This document shows positions 35,570 to 39,622 of a stretch of 39,622 bases of DNA, in pieces. The notes under the pieces were generated by a model. That model was given only the letters and a program-made list of their open reading frames with translations. It made no database searches and was not told where the DNA came from. The translations under genes and the position numbers were made by a program. The number at the start of each line of letters is the position of its first letter. Positions within the stretch are counted from its first letter, which is position 1. This stretch comes from a virus (taxonomy: Duplodnaviria > Caudoviricetes): IMG/VR virus record IMGVR_UViG_3300005077_000044, positions 1-39,622 of that record, one strand, 5' to 3'.

Positions 35570-35755
35570 GTGATATTAATGATCGATGCGGAAGCAGTGG
35601 CCAAGGCGTGGGAAACTATTGCCAAGGCGCGGATGGAGGCCAAGGGGTACTCGCAAGAGTACACTGATGAATTCCTGAGTAGCCTAGGGATGTATTTCGA
35701 TCCCGAGAACCAGGATCATTGGGCTGAGATGCTGGATGCGATCCTTCAACAATAA
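35570..35755 (+). CDS. Hypothetical protein
   Basis: AAAGGAGGTG RBS; the likely start is ATG 35579. Confidence 0.65.
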   Translation: MILMIDAEAVAKAWETIAKARMEAKGYSQEYTDEFLSSLGMYFDPENQDHWAEMLDAILQQ

Positions 35756-35804
35756 CAATTAGTCCTGAATAGGGACCGGGTGGGTTGGTGGGAAAGGAGC
35801 GACC

Positions 35805-35993
35805 GTGAAAAGGTTTATATACTCTATAGCGGTCGAGATTGTGGGCACTCTTATTGAGAGCCCGTTTTATTTTGGGATGAAGACTAAGGAGCGGCTCGGA
35901 TTGTTTGAGACCGTGTATGCATCGTACATCGAATCCAAAGAGGAGAACGACCATGTTAGTAGTGGCCGGAGTGTACCCAAAGAGGGCGCCTGA
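35805..35993 (+). CDS. Hypothetical protein
   Basis: AAAGGAG RBS and GTG start. Confidence 0.6.
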   Translation: MKRFIYSIAVEIVGTLIESPFYFGMKTKERLGLFETVYASYIESKEENDHVSSGRSVPKEGA

Positions 35994-36111
35994 GGCCCCT
36001 AAAGGCAAAAGCCTTGAAGAGATCATCCGCGAAGCTTTGGCTGAGCGGAAGAGAATCTCCTCCAGGGCTCGCACAACATTTAGGACCTTCGGATACACGC
36101 CAAGGTCCTAA
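35953..36111 (+). CDS. Hypothetical protein
   Basis: AGGAG RBS and ATG 35953. Confidence 0.5.
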   Translation: MLVVAGVYPKRAPEAPKGKSLEEIIREALAERKRISSRARTTFRTFGYTPRS

Positions 36112-36411
36112 ATGCTAAAGAAGCGAGCTATTCAAACAACGAACGAACGCCGTCAAATCCTCAATGCTGAGGAACAAGGTGTTCCTGTTCGTTGCAAGCG
36201 TAGGGGCAGGATGCTTCCATGTCGCCATACCCAGTATGGTATTGCCGGGTTCTTTAATACCTGGCACAGTTGGAAGTATCACGGCCGGCCCATCCATCAG
36301 TGGTCCCGTCATAGTTGGAAGTGCATGCGGGGCTGCTATTATGAGGGCCGGTTATATTGCGAACCAGAGGGTGATGATTTCGAATGGTCAGAGCCCTCCA
36401 ACCCGATCTAG
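36112..36411 (+). CDS. Hypothetical phage protein
   Basis: Abuts the previous stop; T.NERR..R.KR...LP...SWK...QW pattern. Confidence 0.55.
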   Translation: MLKKRAIQTTNERRQILNAEEQGVPVRCKRRGRMLPCRHTQYGIAGFFNTWHSWKYHGRPIHQWSRHSWKCMRGCYYEGRLYCEPEGDDFEWSEPSNPI

Positions 36412-36422
36412 GAGGTATAGAA

Positions 36423-36698
36423 ATGAAACAAAGAGATCGGAAACACATCCAAGAGTCGGTGCAGCTGAGCGAAGAGCTCGCCGCGATTAAGTCAACCCCC
36501 GGCCGGATCACCTTTCACAGGGAAATCCAAAACCGGCCTTTCGCGTGCCTGGCTGATATTCATGTGCGGCAGGGTAAAGGAGTCCCGAAGAAGGATGAGC
36601 TTTACGCGGCTCGCTCCTGGAATGAATGCCCTCAGTCAAGTTGCAATGCCTGCTCCGACAAGCAGTACCAGAAATGCCTTGAGCAGTTCGGCTGCTAA
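36423..36698 (+). CDS. Hypothetical Cys-rich protein
   Basis: AGGAGGT RBS and ATG 36423. Confidence 0.65.
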   Translation: MKQRDRKHIQESVQLSEELAAIKSTPGRITFHREIQNRPFACLADIHVRQGKGVPKKDELYAARSWNECPQSSCNACSDKQYQKCLEQFGC

Positions 36699-36744
36699 CA
36701 ACTCAGGCCTTGTAGGTGGGTGGTTAAACCTTCATATGGAGATT

Positions 36745-36912
36745 ATGATGGAGAAGCAAAGAGTCAGGATGGTAACGAGGGTTCGGTTAGATGCCCATGA
36801 GGTAGAAGTTTACATTGGACCATGGGATGGATACCCCGAGTGGCTCATGGTAAACTATGGCTACGCTCTTGATGAGGTCGTATTCACTGTGATGGAGATA
36901 TATCATGATTGA
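36745..36912 (+). CDS. Hypothetical protein
   Basis: GGAG RBS; overlaps the next start. Confidence 0.55.
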   Translation: MMEKQRVRMVTRVRLDAHEVEVYIGPWDGYPEWLMVNYGYALDEVVFTVMEIYHD

Positions 36913-37210
36913 CAACTCTGGACATATACCTCAAGACGTCCTCAAGGAGCTCTCACGAGAGTGCCTGGCGATTGAAATGGCCGGTGGGGCTTCAACCATC
37001 ATCATTACGGATGGGACGAAGCCAATATCCTGGAAGCAAGCTCTTAATCGGGCGATGTCGTTCTATCGCCAGATGTTCCGGGGCAAGGCCGAAGTACAGG
37101 CTACGTTGACTATCTCTGACGAAGAGAAGAACCTCTTCCCAATCCTGGAAGGCTTCGAGTTCGCAGTAGTCACCAGGGTCCGGGGGAAGCTCAAGGTTAG
37201 CTTCGATTAA
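36905..37210 (+). CDS. Hypothetical protein
   Basis: GGAG RBS; operon packing. Confidence 0.65.
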   Translation: MIDNSGHIPQDVLKELSRECLAIEMAGGASTIIITDGTKPISWKQALNRAMSFYRQMFRGKAEVQATLTISDEEKNLFPILEGFEFAVVTRVRGKLKVSFD

Positions 37211-37224
37211 TCGAGGAGAGTAGT

Positions 37225-37509
37225 ATGGCCAATAATTACAAAGGGACTGTGTGTCCTGACTGCGGTAGCTTCTTCACGTTAGAGGTTGAAGTTGACCTTC
37301 ACGGTTCCCGCAGCGTACAGAAGTTTGAGGACCTGTTAGTTCATAAGGTCCAAATGATATTGTTAACTCGGAAGGAGGATAAGATCAGCATTAAAGAGAT
37401 TAAAGCCCTTTTTGTAGAAACTGCCAAAGAATTTTGCCGGGAGTGTTGGTGTTATAAGGAACCTCATTCCCATCCGTTTAAACCTCAACACGGTCGTTCG
37501 CCAATCTAA
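37225..37509 (+). CDS. Hypothetical zinc-binding protein
   Basis: GAGGAG RBS; CPDC and CREC motifs. Confidence 0.65.
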   Translation: MANNYKGTVCPDCGSFFTLEVEVDLHGSRSVQKFEDLLVHKVQMILLTRKEDKISIKEIKALFVETAKEFCRECWCYKEPHSHPFKPQHGRSPI

Positions 37510-37527
37510 ATAGAAAGGAGGTGTTGC

Positions 37528-37653
37528 GTGATGGTTTGGGTTCTTTTGTTTGTGGGCCTTGTCGCCCTTATTGGCCTGATTGATTGTCGGCAATGTAACG
37601 CTCGGTATCATTCGTGTCTCAGCAAACGATTAAACAAAGAGGAGGAAGTGTAA
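37528..37653 (+). CDS. Small membrane protein (41 aa; below the ORF-track cutoff)
   Basis: AAAGGAGGTG RBS; hydrophobic N-terminus; TAATG coupling to the next gene. Confidence 0.55.
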   Translation: MMVWVLLFVGLVALIGLIDCRQCNARYHSCLSKRLNKEEEV

Positions 37654-37871
37654 TGGCTAAGTTCACAGTGTTGGCGGAGAAGACCCTGCAGTTCAAGGGT
37701 GCTTCTAAAGGCGGCGGTTATGATGTCCTGACTGCCACTATCGGCGGCGGCAACGGTAAGAAGGCTTTCGACGAACGCCACTACCTTCCCGCAGGAACAA
37801 TTCCGGATGGTGTGACTGAAGTCAAGGTCCGCTACTATATCGAAGTTAACAATAACGAAAAAGCTGAATAG
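37653..37871 (+). CDS. Hypothetical protein
   Basis: GAGGAGG RBS and ATG 37653. Confidence 0.65.
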   Translation: MAKFTVLAEKTLQFKGASKGGGYDVLTATIGGGNGKKAFDERHYLPAGTIPDGVTEVKVRYYIEVNNNEKAE

Positions 37872-37906
37872 GCTTTTGGGTGGGTGGGAGAGGAAAGGAG
37901 ATTAGA

Positions 37907-38362
37907 GTGAAGAAATATCGGTATGTTGAGAGTGGCTATGTGGTAACAGATTCTCCAAGGTATGAACACGACTGCACCAGCTGCATCTTCCTCGGGCAAT
38001 CCGGCAAGGCCGATCTCTATGCGTGCCAAGTACGGGGAAGAGTAGATACTGTGATTGCCCGCTATAGTGATGAGGGGAGTGATTATTCGTCTGGTATTCT
38101 CTTCGCGGACAAAGAAGGTCCGATTAATGAGGCCTTTGAGAGAGCCTTGGGGATGCGTATGATTCCCAGATGGTGGCCCGATGCCTATAAGAAGGAAGTG
38201 TTTGAGTCTGATGGTAATTATGGGACAACCTTCTACGTCAAGTTCTCTTGCTTTCCCCACTGCATGGAAGAACCTTATCCGGGTACTCCGTCTGCTGAGG
38301 TAATTGGTCGTAAATTTTACCTTGCCATGAACGCAGTGGATTTTGTAACAACAAAACTCTAA
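37907..38362 (+). CDS. Hypothetical protein
   Basis: AAGGAG RBS and GTG start; HDC..C.FLG...DLY motif. Confidence 0.65.
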   Translation: MKKYRYVESGYVVTDSPRYEHDCTSCIFLGQSGKADLYACQVRGRVDTVIARYSDEGSDYSSGILFADKEGPINEAFERALGMRMIPRWWPDAYKKEVFESDGNYGTTFYVKFSCFPHCMEEPYPGTPSAEVIGRKFYLAMNAVDFVTTKL

Positions 38363-38376
38363 ACAAGGAGATCAGC

Positions 38377-38625
38377 ATGAGTGAGAATTACACTAAGATC
38401 GTCACAGAGTTGCTCACCCGATTTGCCGCGGCTTTGCCTACAGCGGATGAGCAACAGATTTCCGATCGGATCGTAGCGTTGCAAGAAAGCTTGGTCACTC
38501 TGGATGTAAGGGACCTTGTCCTTCCTGATCTGGTAGAGGCCTTCAAACGTTTACCCTTGGATATTCAAAACCGGATTGTAGACATTCGGGTATTTGAATA
38601 CCTTAAGCAGGCTATAACCTCGTGA
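38377..38625 (+). CDS. Hypothetical protein
   Basis: AAGGAG RBS. Confidence 0.65.
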   Translation: MSENYTKIVTELLTRFAAALPTADEQQISDRIVALQESLVTLDVRDLVLPDLVEAFKRLPLDIQNRIVDIRVFEYLKQAITS

Positions 38626-38981
38626 ACATCTTTGCCCTAGATGTTTCGTCATCGATGGGTCCATACCTTAAAGTTGCCAAGGAGTTCATCAAGGGCCAGT
38701 TCAAGGAGAGGGACCTTATAATCCTCTTCGCGCACTCAATCGTCGGTTTCCGGAATTTAGAATCCATTGATGCACTCCTTGGGGTTGGCTTTGGATGCTC
38801 AGTTAGGGAGGTTGTTGGATATGTTAACCTTACTAACCGGAGGCAGCCCATTGACAGAGTATTCCTGATCACCGATGGGTTGTTTGCAGATGGCTACATG
38901 TTGTCGGAGTTTGAAGTTCCGTACATCCTTGTTAATATAGAGGATGGGACTCTTAACTTTCCGTACCTAACTAGGAGGTAG
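38622..38981 (+). CDS. Minimal vWA-like domain protein
   Basis: MIDAS-like ALDVSSSM and LITDG motifs. Confidence 0.65.
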   Translation: MNIFALDVSSSMGPYLKVAKEFIKGQFKERDLIILFAHSIVGFRNLESIDALLGVGFGCSVREVVGYVNLTNRRQPIDRVFLITDGLFADGYMLSEFEVPYILVNIEDGTLNFPYLTRR

Positions 38982-38986
38982 TTTAA

Positions 38987-39367
38987 ATGAAAGACTTGAA
39001 CCAAGCCTTCAAGGCAGCTATATTGGACCGAGTTCAAGAGCTCGGATTGTTTTCCGGGATGGTGGTTCTTATGAAGCTTAAGGAACTCCTCTCAAGATGT
39101 TTGAGTGTTGAGGATTTACCAGAGCTTACCCCGGAGATTGTGAAGTGGGTTGTTGATCACGAGATCCAGCATTTGCTCGCTCAGGCTCAAGCAGCCTATT
39201 TACATCAACGCAGTAGTGTAATGTTCGCCGGCCCCCTTGAAAGTAAATCCGATATCATTTCACAAGTGGCTCGAGACTTAGAGGTGAATGTAGTCATAGT
39301 CAGGCCTGACTATGATCCGACCGATTGGTTAGGAATCCCAAAACCCTTTAACGTGGAGGACATTTGA
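38987..39367 (+). CDS. Hypothetical protein
   Basis: AGGAGGT RBS. Confidence 0.65.
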   Translation: MKDLNQAFKAAILDRVQELGLFSGMVVLMKLKELLSRCLSVEDLPELTPEIVKWVVDHEIQHLLAQAQAAYLHQRSSVMFAGPLESKSDIISQVARDLEVNVVIVRPDYDPTDWLGIPKPFNVEDI

Positions 39368-39606
39368 TGTCAGAAGAAAAGCGTAATCCGTTGGAAGAGG
39401 CCTTGGTGCATTTATTGACCAAGACGGCTGAGGACAATCGTTCGATTGAGGACGCGCAGCAGGACATCCTCCGTCGCTACGATGCCATGGAGCTCACGAA
39501 GGCGGAAGCTGCTGAGCTGTACTTCGACTTAGCCCTTCGCCGCCGTGAGACCGCTAAACCATTAACCACTTTCATTGACGCTGTCAAAGCGTGTCAGGAG
39601 GAGTAG
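39364..39606 (+). CDS. Hypothetical protein
   Basis: GGAGG RBS; TGATG coupling suggests the start is 39367. Confidence 0.6.
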   Translation: MMSEEKRNPLEEALVHLLTKTAEDNRSIEDAQQDILRRYDAMELTKAEAAELYFDLALRRRETAKPLTTFIDAVKACQEE

Positions 39607-39622
39607 ATGATCTTTAGGTGGG

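Overview
This window is part of a tailed dsDNA phage genome, most likely a siphovirus; the host cannot be determined from the sequence. It has three blocks. (1) Bases 1-27300 (+) are late/structural genes. They open with the 3' part of an unusually modular tape-measure-like protein, followed by a GTA/D3112-type tail-tip cassette (DUF2163/BR0599, NlpC/P60, small tip protein, central tail protein) and a tail-tube-like gene. About 19 kb of paralogous lectin-fold adhesin-like genes follow: five 'MxxxxxxG(F/W)E' paralogs, six LamG-like domains, a beta-helix/CBM/discoidin protein and duplicated Dit-like modules, with repeated domain-inside-domain insertions. A holin-like gene and an AdoMet-decarboxylase homolog also lie in this block. 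(2) Bases 27360-33016 (-) carry a class II ribonucleotide reductase with an HNH-containing intein, a 5'-3' exonuclease and small membrane proteins. (3) Bases 33447-39606 (+) carry small early-type genes. Blocks 2 and 3 diverge across an AT-rich, repeat-containing region with a sharp G/C strand-skew inversion (candidate origin or genome end). The early region also holds a densely structured non-coding stretch and a clear type II hammerhead ribozyme (35483-35558). All family assignments come from motif recognition by eye; no database searches were run.
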